Assembly: GCF_009914755.1 (NCBI RefSeq)
Contig: NC_060932.1
Source: the human T2T-CHM13v2.0 reference genome, Homo sapiens
Reading direction: 5' to 3' (one strand)
Length of the DNA stretch: 64,000 nt
The notes beneath the pieces are model-generated. The model saw nothing but the letters and a program-made list of their open reading frames with translations, did no database searches and was not told where the DNA came from. Position 1 is the first letter of the stretch, and every line of letters begins with the position of its first letter. The position numbers and the translations under genes were made by a program. Below are positions 1-11,498 of the stretch, piece by piece.

Positions 1-109
1 CCATAGCAGCTAAACTACAAAAGCAACATAACACTGGAGCATGCAGGTTCAACTTAACAAGAATCAACTTCTACTTGTCATTCTTCTAATTCAGGTTGTT
101 CTAGAAACT

Positions 110-272
110 AACTGTACCATCTAATCACTTGGGGAGATTTTTTAAACATTTCCAAAGCTGGGGTCCAATCCCAGAGTAATCAACCAGAATATCTAGGGGT
201 GAAGCCTAGGCATGGGTACTTGTAAATTCCTCTCAGGAGGTTCTTATATGCAACCAAGGATGAGAAACACCA
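110..272. mobile_element. MER5A-like hAT-Charlie MITE fragment
   Basis: 'aatcacttggggagatttt...aaccagaatatctaggggtgaagcctagg...ttcttatatgcaaccaaggatgagaaacac' resembles the MER5A consensus as recalled. Confidence 0.6.
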
Positions 273-464
273 CAACTTGAAGTTCTGTTAATGGTGATAC
301 AGTGAGTTAAAGAGTTTCAAAGACTCCATTTGCTTTATAAGCAAAAGTTAAACATACCTATAATTTTCTTTGTGAAACAAATTTGCAATTGCACATTGTT
401 AAATAACCTTTAGTGAAATTACTATTTCTTTGCTAGTAATATGTATTGAGGGTTTTTCAAATAT

Positions 465-670
465 CAGCAACTTCCCTGAGTACTCTATATGCATTATTTC
501 ATCTAATTTTTATGGTGGCCCTTGGAGGTAGCACTATGATTATCTCCATTATATAGATGAGACACGTCAGTCAAAAAGAAATGTGAATTAACTTATCTGG
601 GATGGTGCAGTAGTTTTCAGGGTAGATCCATGAACCTAGAGACTGAAAGGCCTTTGTACTGTGTTTTAAC
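465..670 (-). mobile_element. MIR SINE
   Basis: MIR core in reverse: 'tatctccattatatagatgag', preceded by 'atgcattatttcatctaat'. Confidence 0.65.
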
Positions 671-1473
671 CTGGCAGGTGTGTGTCTTCCAGAGTGAGCT
701 GACTTTATTATAACTTCATGATGTGTAGTCATGGAGGGATTTATGACCTGATGATTCAGGACATGAACTTGGAGAGTATGTTGTGCTGCTCTTATCATAG
801 TAGTTATGTTTCTAGCTCCTTGTCCCTTCCCTTGGGTAACATACAATGATAAACTGATAGTCTCAGCCACTTGGCTCTGAGAAACCTCTTCCGTGATGGA
901 TTCTAACTTATTTTTGTATCCTTAGGGGTAGGTCTATGTTTTCACATAGTAGGCTCTCAGTAAATAAACAAATATATAGGAAAGAGAACCAGCTACTTTG
1001 GGTGAATATCCAAGCCTGGCTCTTTCCTGGGGAAGCAATTAAGAAAGAGTTTCCCCTTCTTGGAAGAGAGGTTACCTCAACCTCCCACCTTGAAAATCCA
1101 ACAACCGGTTCCAGGGAATTCCCCAACCTCTGATGTTAAAAAGACTGGAGACAACCAGAACAAACAAAAGGATATTAATAACAATCATAATACTCTGGGC
1201 ATTAATTAAAAACAAATAACATTAAACCAAAGGGTCAGAGTTGCAAAGTGGTGCTGGGGGATGCTGCTCTTTGTCAGTTGGGCAGTATAGCAAACGGAGC
1301 ACCAAGAAAAGGAACAGGCTATGATGCTGAGAAAGCTGCTCTGATGTCCATAAACAGAGGAGTCCAGCCAGGCAACCTGAAACCAGGGCCTCTACTGACT
1401 TGTACCCTCCATTGTAGCCTGGGGGCATTTTGTTTTATAAAATAAGTTGGGAGAGGCTTAATTTGATATGCTT

Positions 1474-1712
1474 AGTAATAATAAAAGCTACCCATATGTT
1501 TAGTGCTTACTGTGAGACAAGGCTTTTACTGGGTGTTTTATATGCACTGACTCACTTATTTCCTTGTAGAAAATCAATCTGTTATAATTGTCCTTATATG
1601 ATGAATGAAGGAATTGAGACTTCACTTTCTCAGTAATGCCCAAGCCAAGAAGTGATGGAGCCGGAATTTGAATCCCAATTGTCTGATGTGTGAAGCCAGG
1701 GATGTGGCCACT
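1474..1712 (-). mobile_element. MIR SINE
   Basis: 'aataataaaagctacc...tagtgcttactgtg...gaatgaaggaattgagac...ggagccggaatttgaatccca'. Confidence 0.8.
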
Positions 1713-3310
1713 AAAGTCTAGCCCCCTTCATTAGTGCATGTAAGTGCCTTGGCTTGGCCAGAAAGAGTAAGTGATCTGATGTATAGCAAACAAATATCTG
1801 GTCCCAGTTTTTCCACCCTTCTGTAAGAGCCTACTACACCATTTTTCCCTTTGATCAGGCCGAAGCTGGGTAGTAGAGGATTCAAAATAAATATTTATGA
1901 TTGTTCTCTGGTCTTTAGAGAGAGAATTCCTGGCCTTTTTAAATTCCTTAATTCAGACTTTTCAACAGACTTTAAATATATGTACAATTCCAGGGAGGCC
2001 AAAGTTGCACAGGTATTCAAAGGCCAGCCATGGATAAAGGTGTGGCAGGTGCCTTCCTGGAAGCCAACAGGCCAAACTCATTGCTGGGCAGGGGAGTTCC
2101 CACGTGGAGCCATAGCAGGCAGCTTTGAACATTGATGGGTCTAAGGAAAGAGAGACCATGGCTAATCCTGGCACCCCTCCCAACGTAGTACCTCATTCCC
2201 TGACATTCCTGGCTTTCTCTATTCAGTCACACCTCATTTTTTTTTTCTTTTGAAAATTGTAGTAAAATCCTCCTGTGCTTCTGTTTCCATGTGGAAGTTA
2301 ATGCTGCATTAGAAAGAACCTTTAACTGAGAAGAGGGAATGGCATTCTGTTTTGTTGGATGGGCTTCCGCTCTGGAATGAACATCTTTGGCAAAGACAGG
2401 ATAATCAAGTTGTCCCTTTAATTTTTTAGCTTCATTTCAACAGAGCAGATAATCTTCAGAGAACAAATAAAATGCTGTGTATGTTCTGATACAAGGTATG
2501 GGAAACACACCAACTTTGCTTTCACGACAAGTTGAAGATCTTCATCTGCCAAGTTGATTGGTGCCAAAAGCAGGTTTCTCATTTCTTGCCAGAGATCCTC
2601 ATAAGAGCTGGCACAAGCCAAAGCAATAAATTCATGGCATCGGCCCTGTATCTCTGCGTTGAAATCTTGCTGAGTGGAATGTGAGGGGATGAGAAGGCGC
2701 AGGGGAGCTCGAGTTGGTCTGAACTACACAAGAGCCTTTGCCATAAAAATCAAACCAGATCCTTGCTGAGAGTTGAAGTTACTGGTCAAATTCCCTTCCT
2801 GCTTTCCTTTTCATGTACTTTGTTTTGTTTGCCTGATCCTTTCACTTCATGGTTCTTGTGGAATCGGAAGTAAAGCAATACCACAGAAGAAAGTGAACCC
2901 AGCCTTTGGCGTCCCTGATTGAGCCAAACCCAAGAAACATTGGAAATCTCCCTCGCCAGCTCAAGTTTGTGAGATTTCCAGCCTGATAGCCAGACCAAAG
3001 AGGTTTGGAGTGACGTGTGCGCCTTCTCAGCATGAAGCTTTGCAGAGTTTGTGTTTATTATTTCACTCATCTGTCAGCGACATTGATTTTTTGGGTTAAC
3101 CTTTCTTTTTTTTTCAGAGCTGTTAAGTAAATATACTTCCAATAATCCAAGAGCTATAGCATTACAAAGTGTGGAATATCATACTAGTTCTTTTCCCTCT
3201 AATAGATATCAAAGTTCAATCATAATCAGTCTATATTTGAGATTCGTGTCTGTTAAATATCCTTAGACTGATAAAAGTACCAGGGGGTAAGGATGTGTTA
3301 AGGTCAGTTT

Positions 3311-3514
3311 TAGTGGTTTGTTAGTAAATATTTAGCAACCTTATCTCCCCTAATATAAAGCCCTGATTTGTAGTATATGCCCATTCTCATGGTGTAAGTA
3401 ATCTTAACTATTGCTGATTCCAAGCTACCAAGAGGTTATCACTGACCATACAATTGGCAAGAGATGTGCATAATAGGCTCTTACCAGGTACTCTGAGCTG
3501 GCTTCAGCACACTG
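3311..3514 (-). mobile_element. MER63A-like hAT-Blackjack MITE
   Basis: Reverse complement reads 'cagtgtgctgaagccagctc...ggtagcttggaatcagc...ctacaaatcagggcttt...aaatatttactaacaaaccacta'. Confidence 0.75.
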
Positions 3515-4059
3515 TTCACATTGCCCCTGGCTTTGTGTGGCTGATACACAGAGACACTAGGTTCCTTTCCCCTCTCACCAGACAAATGGGGAGAACTAAA
3601 AAAGGGAGGAGAACATCATGACTCTATGCAACCTACATTTTATCTGTGGGATCACTTACAAACACAGTGGTCTCTTGGTTAACAGTTGCAGCTTATAGAA
3701 AATGAAAGGAAAATCAAAATATATGCCTTTACTCCTTTCTTTGGATGACTATTAAAAAGCTGGTTAAACATTTCCAGTGAAAGTGAACCATGTAAAGTTA
3801 AAACAGGGCTAATTTATGGTTTGTTCCCTAGTCCAGAGGGTAGCAGAAATAATAACTCTTAGATGTAAGTAACTCCTGTGGCCACACATGTGCTATACAC
3901 CCCAAATTTAGGCCAAACCATGTACATTTTCAATTTATATCAAAAGTGAGCCTTGTAGCTTGTAACATTTTTGCCTTTCTGCCAAGAAACTCAACAAATG
4001 CAGCAATTAGCTCCCTTTTTTCATTTGTTTCTCACAGCTTATCTCTTTTTTAATAGTTC

Positions 4060-4450
4060 TATTAATTAATTCAATGAATGTGTATTAAAACTTTCTACAT
4101 GTCAAACTCTATTCTAGGTAAACAAAAAAGCCTGCTTCTATGAGCTTATATTCCAACAAAGAGAGACAATAAACATAATAAAAAATAAGCTATATCATAT
4201 ATTAGAAGTATATAAAATTATACACCATATGATAGACTCTCTATAATATGACTTATATATCATATAACTATAATATGCCTCTAATATATATTTCAGAGCT
4301 TTTTCATAATTTCTATGAAAAAAATGAAAAAGTAGAGCAAGATAAAGGGAGTTAGGTAGTGCCAGGAGAGAGTAGATTACAATTTAAAAGATTTTAATAT
4401 GGTAGTCAGGGTAGGCCTTACAGAAAAGGTAACATCTAAGCCAAGACTTA
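4060..4450 (-). mobile_element. L2a LINE 3' fragment
   Basis: 'attcaatgaatgtgtatt...gagcttatattc...gtcagggtaggccttacagaaaaggtaacatctaagccaagactt'. Confidence 0.7.
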
Positions 4451-4794
4451 TACCTTCATCTCATATTGTAAGTCGAAACGAACATTCTTTTTAAAGATGA
4501 AGGTTTTAAATAACACATAAAAGGAAGATTTCTGTAGATGAGCATTCAATGATAAAGGTCTACACTAGTGTTTAGTGGCAGTGAAAAGAGATAAATGTAA
4601 GAAAAATTGTTAAAAATTATTGGCAGATAAATGATTAACATCCTTCTTTTTTTTTTGCTCCCCATATTTAGAAAGGTGGCTGAGGTTTCACACTTTGATG
4701 AATGAGAGACATATAGCTTCATTAGCAGGGCTTGTAGTGAATGATGGTAGTGTAATGGTGAAATCTATGACCCTTGCTGAAACCAACTCAAAAG

Positions 4795-4817
4795 AACAAC
4801 AACAACAACAACAACAA
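4795..4817. repeat. (CAA)n microsatellite
   Basis: About 7 tandem CAA units. Confidence 0.9.
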
Positions 4818-6335
4818 GAAACATATAAAAAGAAAATTCTATTTGCAGTGAACATGGAAAATAGCTACTTCTCCAAACCACGGTCTGTAAAGAGTATGCC
4901 ATATACTCTGTAATTCAGATGAATTGAAAAAGGTTGCTAAAAGCCAAAATAAACAAATAGCTTCACATCTTAAGTCAGGTATAGAATTCTTTAAAAGTGA
5001 GAGTCCTAAGGGAGTGTGGGTGGCCTGAAGTAATAAACATCCCTGTGGGATGTAGATTTCTTTTAAATCCTTGCTACCAAATGGGAGAAATCATCTGAAT
5101 GTGAAGTCAAGTTAACAAGAAACAGAAAATACTAGCTCCTGATCAACATCAATGAAGCATAAATTAAATCAATTCAATAGCCTAGTAGAAATAAAACACA
5201 GTGCTTAATTTTGAACTATGCAACCTGTCTGGATAATCTGTTCACCTCAGTAGAAATGTGCCCTCTAGGCACAGGATGAAAAGTTTATGATGATGAAGAG
5301 TTTGTGGAAACACATCTCATTTAAAATTGCCTACAGCCCCAGATTAGTTCTCCTGCTACTCTGTAAATTATTCTTGAGCAAATAGCAGAAATAGAACTAC
5401 ATCCATTTAAAAATGAGTAATAAGACTTTCACTTCTGGCCAATGTTGAGCTCATATACTTTGCCCATTGTTTTAATTTTTTAGGTGGGAGGACTAAACAG
5501 GGACGAATTATATAACAAAACAGTTTTCAAGCTATTAGACATTAGACAATGAAACATACTGATCACTGAGGGCCAGAAACAAACAGGGGGAGCCCTACAA
5601 TTGTCTCAGTCTGTTGCCTAAAAAAGTTTCTAGTTTTTAGACAGTGGCCTAGGAAAGGAGAACCTAGGCAGAATTTTCTCATTTCTCTGGACTGAGGAGA
5701 CAGAGCTGAGAGTCTAGCAAGGTCAAGGAAGATAGAGTTTACAGGGCAAAGGACAACAGACAGAAGAATTTGAAAGAGAGAACTCCAGATATTTTCAGAA
5801 TACTTCTCTCAAGTCATCAGCTGAGTACTTATCGGCACATTCATGTAAAGAAACTACCTAAGACCAAGAAAAGAGCCATCCAAAAGGATTAAGAGGAGCA
5901 TTATTTGGAGCTCCCATATGGCTTTGAATACTTCCTGTTCCCACCAGTCAGAGTGCCAAATTTCATAATTCACTGCATTAGTAGAGCACTCAGAAGGGTT
6001 TTACCTCTTTAGAGGGGAAAAATTAAGATAAGACTACTGCTATTATCCTTTTTGCTGAAGCTTAAAATCAAGACGTGAAAGGATCAAATTATTTGGAAAT
6101 AACTGTGTCTCAGAACAAAGTTTAAGAATATTTAAAGGGTACAAATATATCAGGACTTAGTAAGGTACAATTTACAGTATTTATTATCCAGTTAAAAATT
6201 ATCAGAATGTCTGAGAAGCAGGAAAATGTGACCCACAATGAGAAGTAAAATCAATCAATAGAAACTGAGTGAAGAATTATAGATTTAATAGACAAAGATA
6301 TAAAAACCATTATTATAACTATCTCATATGTCATA

Positions 6336-6415
6336 TTAGATTGATGCAAAAGCAATTGGGGTTTTTGCCACTACTTGCAACGTCAAGAATCAAAATTACT
6401 TTTGCACAAACCTAA
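6336..6415. mobile_element. MADE1 (Hsmar1-derived 80-bp MITE) inserted in L1
   Basis: 80-bp imperfect palindrome 'ttagattgatgcaaaagcaattg...aattacttttgcacaaacctaa' flanked by TA on both sides. Confidence 0.9.
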
Positions 6416-7133
6416 TAGAAGCTAGAGGGAAGATAGAAATGTTAAATAGAGGCTTAGAAAATACAGAAACTGACCAAAATCAAACTTCTGGATGAGAAAA
6501 TGACAATGTTTGAGATTAAAAAATACACAATAGGATTAATAGCTGTTTGAAAACTCACAGAAATTAAGATTCATAAACTTGAATACATAGCAATAGGAAC
6601 AATTTCAAATGAAATACAAAGAGTAAAAAAGAATTAACAAAGAAAAAGGAAAGGAAGAGAAAAAAAGGAAAACAGAAATAAGAAAAAGAAGGAGAAAGAA
6701 GTATTGAGTTATGGGACAATTTTAACAGCTTTTATATGCATAATTGCAGTCCCTAAGAAAAAAGAGAGAGGAAAAAGTGGAAGGAAAAATATTTAAATAA
6801 TACTAGTTGAAAATTTTCCAAGTTGTATAAAAACTATAAACCCACAGATCTAAGAAGTTTAATAAACTCCAAGCACTAGAAACGTAAAAAAAAAACAAAC
6901 AAAAAAACTACACCAAGGTATGTCAAATTGATGAAAACGAGTGGTAAAGGAAAACTCTTAAAGGAAGCCACAGGGAAAAAAGACATATACATAGAAGAAC
7001 AAAGATAAGGAAGACAGCAGACTTCTTGTGAGAAATAATGCAAGCCAGAAGAATGTGGATCAATATGATTTACTGAAAAATCAAACCAAATAAAATGAAC
7101 AACAACAAAAAAGAAATATAAAACCCCAAACCA

Positions 7134-7193
7134 ATCTGTCAACCTATAATTTTATAACCAACAGTCTGTCAACCTATAATTTTATAACCAACA
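7134..7193. repeat. 30-bp tandem duplication
   Basis: (a/g)tctgtcaacctataattttataaccaaca x2. Confidence 0.9.
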
Positions 7194-7515
7194 AAAATAT
7201 CTTTCAAAAATAAGGTCAAAACAAAAATATTTTCAGACCTAAAAAAGCTGAAATTACTCAATGCCCGCAAACTCTTACTAAAACAAATATTAAAGGAAGT
7301 CCTTTAAGCAGAAAAAAAATGCTTGCAGATATAAATCTTGATTTATGCAAATGAAAAATTCATCAAAACAGGTAACTATTAAGGGTAATATATATATATA
7401 TTTTCTTACTTAGATCTCTTTAACAGTTAATCAACTGTTAAAACCAAAATAAAAACAAAGTATCACGGTGTTTATACCATTTGTAGAATTAAATATATGT
7501 AAATAATGGCACAAA

Positions 7516-10265
7516 TTTCAAATTAAAACAAGCAGATGCCACTACACACCTATTAGAATGGGTAAAATGCAAAAAGCTGGCAATACTAAAAATGTTAGTG
7601 AGGAAGCACAGCAGATGGAAATCTATTCATTGCTGGAGGAATGCAAAGTGCTACAACCACACTGGAAGACAATTTCATAGCCTATTAAAAAACTAAACAT
7701 TAAAAAACCCAGTTGATTTGGAAACCTATGATCACACAAAAACCTGCATGTGAATGTTGATAACAGCTTTATTTATAATCAACAAAACTGGGAGCAACCA
7801 AGATGTCCTTCAATTAGTGAATGGATAAAGTGTGATATTTCCACACAATGGAATATTATTCAGAAATCAAAAAAGATAAGCTATCCAGCCAAGAAGATAT
7901 ACGGAGAAAACTTAGTGCATATTGCTAAGTGAAAGAAGCCAGTATGAAAAAACGACGTATTGTATAATTCCAATTATGTGATGCATATAATAACATATAA
8001 TATTATAGAAAACTCAAAGCTATAGAGAAAGAAAAATGATCATTGGTTGCCAGGAGTTAGGGGAGAGGAGGAAGGGAAGAATACATGAAGCTCCAGAGAT
8101 TTGGGGCGCAGTAAAATTATTCTGTATGGTACTACAATTATAAATATAAATCATTATATATTTTTCTAATCCTATACAATTATAATGAACCTTAATGTAT
8201 ACACACTTAAAAGTTTCTTTTAGGAGTTTAGGGGATTCAGGAAGGAATTCAGATGGTGCCAACAAAATCTGTTTTACAAATGTATGAAACAACCTCACTT
8301 AGGGAATGAGGGGAAAAGATGCTAATCTAAGTATCTGTGGAAATGAGTACAGTCTGTGGGACTAAAGTCAAAAGGAACTGCTCATGAGTATTCTACTTGA
8401 TAAAGATGTTTCCCATAAGAGTATGGGTTGACAATCCTTATACTGTTATACACGTATAATGAAATGGGACAATTAAGTAAATAAATGGCAAATGGTGAGA
8501 TCCAGGTTTCTCACTGCAGAGTGGGAAGTTACAGGTAAGCAATGGAAGAGGCTGAATGATGTCTATGGCAGTGGATTCAAGTTGGAGACATTAGTGTGAA
8601 CTCATGTTTAGCTTACTGTATTAGTCCATTTTTGCACTACTGTAAAGATATATCTGAGACTAGGTAATTTATACAGAAAAGAGGTTTAATTGACTCATAG
8701 TTCTGCATGGCTGGGGAGGCCTCAGCAAACTTGCAATCATGGCAAAAGGGGAAGAGGCATGTCTTACATAGCAGCAGGTGACAGAAAGTGAGCAAGAGCA
8801 GGGAAAACTGTCTTATAAAGCCATCAGATCTCATGAGACCTCACTCACTATCATGAGAACAGCATGAGGGAAACTACATGGGTATTATGGACATTACAAT
8901 TCAAGATGAGATTTGTGTGAAGATACAAAGCCTAATCATGTCATTTACTATAGATGTATACATAGGGTTACACATAGAAATATTTGTAGATATGTGTATA
9001 TACACATATTTGTATAAACACATTTTTTTTGCTCTGTCAGCTGAGAAGACCTAAAAGAGGTGACATCCCAATAGCAAAGAGCACACTTATTACCTGATCT
9101 TAGTCTCTAATACTATTTTCTAACAAAAGAAACGAGGGCTTTATGAAGAAATGGCTGATTCTATTATAAAGCTGACTACATGCAGGATGAAACTGGAGCG
9201 TTGTGTAATGTCAGAGAGTAAGGACATGCTAAAAAAAAAAAAATCACACACACTGATGGGGTATGTCAAAGAAATCCAGAAGACAGCTGAAAGAGTTTGC
9301 ACTGGCCAAAGAACTTGAAGAACAAACTACATAAGAAGAAGAACTCGACCAACAAGTACTGGAGTATTGCCAAAAGTATAAAATAAGTATCCATGAGTCC
9401 ATACTAATACAAGTGAATACAATGACAAATGGAAGAGAAGAGGCAAATCTACCATGCAGATGAGTTCCAGATAATTTACTGCCCAACTAGCATAGCTCCC
9501 CAACTCCTTAGGTGTGGGCTCACAGAGTGACTTTCTTTCAAAGTGTACAGTATGGAAAGGAGGAAAAATAGAGTAACTTTACAGTAAATAAACTTCACAA
9601 TCATCATTAATATCCTACATTCATATGAAATATTTTCTATAACTAATGAATCAATATCAATATATTATTAATAAAGTCTATAGTTTGTATATCTGTAGTT
9701 TTTAAACTCACACACTATCCAGGATTCCAGGTGATCAAGGCCAATGTCAATACTCATAAATCATATTAATAATATGTTGATATAATATAATGAAAATGGC
9801 ACTATACCTGTGTGGTCCTCGTCCTAATAACCTGTAATTCTAGTTTCATCATGTGAAGAACATTAGACAAACTTCAATAGACTACCCTCCCATATAGAAA
9901 ACATTCTACAAAATATCTTCCCATTCTACAAAACATCTGGCCAGCAGTACACAAAACTGTCAAGATCATCAAAAACAAGAAAAATCTAAGAAACTACAAC
10001 AGCCAAGAGAAGCCTAAGGAAGCATGACAGCTAAATGTGATGTGAAATTCTGGGTAGTGCATTAGTTAAAAACTAAATAAACAAAAGTTATAGACCTTAG
10101 TTAATAGTAATGTATGAATATTGGTTCATTAATTATAGAAAATGTCTCATATGAATGTAAGATGTTAATGATAGGGGAAATTGGATGCAGGGTATTAAAA
10201 AGTCTATACTCTCTTTTTAATTTTCTGTAAATCTAAAACGGTTCTTTACAAGTCTACTAAAAAAG
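7516..10265 (+). mobile_element. L1MC/L1MD-type 3' fragment (ORF2 end plus long 3'UTR) nested in the older L1
   Basis: 'ccactacacacctattagaatgg' ORF2 end, L1MC/D-type 3'UTR, A-tail near 10260; candidate TSD aataatggcacaaa / aacaatagcacaaa. Confidence 0.75.
8617..8943 (-). mobile_element. THE1D-like MaLR solo LTR
   Basis: 'tgtattagtccattt...gaggtttaattgactca...ccatcagatctcatgaga...aatcatgtca'; 5-bp TSD cttac/tttac. Confidence 0.8.
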
Positions 10266-10267
10266 GA

Positions 10268-10915
10268 AAACAATAGCACAAAGCATGGAAAAAGAGAAGG
10301 AATGCATATAATTTTAAGGTTCTTATATGTGAGTGATATAAAATAACTTGAATATATGCAGTGGTCAGTTACAGATGTATACTATAAATCCAAAATGACC
10401 CACTAAAATAAAAGACTTACAATTAATCAATCAATCAAGGAGAGCAAATGTAATCATTAAAAGAAAAAGTCAAACGCTAATAAGGCACAACGAGAGGAAT
10501 ACATGGACAACACATTGACAATAGGTCACAAAATAGCAAGATGGTACATTTGAAATAAATCATATTGAAATTACGTTAAACGTAGATGTCTCAACAACTG
10601 ATTTAAAAGGGCTAGATTGCAGATTAGGCAAAAAGCCAAGCTCCGAGTACATGCTCCTTACAAGAGAATCTTTAAAATACAAAGATGATAAGTTACAAGT
10701 AAAGGTTGGAAAAAGATCTGTTATGCTGACCCTAAATTTAACAAATGCCAGGATGGTAATATTCATATCAGATAAAGTAGCTTCCAGAAGAAAGAAAATT
10801 ACCAATGGTGAAAAGGATCCTTTCATAATGACAAAGCAGTCAGTTCATCAAGAGGATATAACAATGCTAAAATGTTTATGGACTTAGTAACAGAGCTTCA
10901 AAACATATTAAGAAA
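10268..10915 (+). mobile_element. Continuation of outer L1M: inter-ORF region and ORF2 endonuclease remnant
   Basis: 'ttacgttaaacgtagatgtctcaac', 'aaaggttggaaaaagat', 'atatcagataaagtag'; ORF 10651-10887 contains the L1 EN-like 'ISDKV...FIMTKQSVHQEDIT'. Confidence 0.75.
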
Positions 10916-10929
10916 AAAGAAGAAAACTT

Positions 10930-11215
10930 TCAGTCAATAATTTTTGGCTACTTTTTCAGCCTTGTCTATTTTCTCCTCTCCTTTTGAATTCTGATGGTAT
11001 GAACATAAAAATTTTCATTATAGTACTATATGTCCTGGAGGTGCTGTTCAATATCTTTTCCATTTTCTCTCTTTGTTTAGAGTGGGCAATTTCCGTTCTA
11101 TTTTCCAGTTCACTGATTCTTTTTCTTTGGTTCCCTCCATTCCACTTTTGAGCCCATTCACTGAGCTTTTAAATTTGGTTATTGTGTTTTCTGATCCTAA
11201 AATTTCTATTTTACT
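10930..11215 (-). mobile_element. L1M ORF1 fragment, antisense
   Basis: T-rich 'ttccagttcactgattcttttc...ttttgagcccattcactgag...ggttattgtgttttc'. Confidence 0.6.
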
Positions 11216-11420
11216 GAGCCTTAAAGTATAGAGAAAAAATTACACTATTCTCATTTCAAATTCACACACAATACTTGACAAGACTTACAGAGTCAGCAAC
11301 TTTGAGGTTGAATCCTAGTGATCCAACCCAGGTGATTCTGATGTATGCTAAGGTTTGAATCCATTCTTCTGCAAAAATTGATACAAATACCTTCTTCCAT
11401 GCTTCTTCCTACTCCTCCCA

Positions 11421-11456
11421 ACACAGACATAAACACACACACACTCTCTCTCACAC

Positions 11457-11494
<38 letters not shown>
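11421..11494. repeat. Compound (CA)/(CT)/(GA)n microsatellite
   Basis: acac..ctct..acac followed by about 15 GA units. Confidence 0.9.

Positions 11495-11498
<4 letters not shown>

Larger units (their letters stand above)
5424..7515 (+). mobile_element. Old L1M element, 5' region and degraded ORF1 (continues at 10268)
   Basis: 'gactttcacttctggcc' start and A-rich ORF1-like motifs such as 'aaaactataaacccacagatctaagaag' and 'aaggaagtcctttaagcagaa'. Confidence 0.75.

Noticed and set aside
4695-4913. ORF with a polyglutamine run
   Set aside because: The Q run is just a (CAA)n microsatellite; there is no other coding evidence.
10651-10887. ORF resembling an endonuclease
   Set aside because: A decayed L1 ORF2 remnant with frameshifts, not a host gene.
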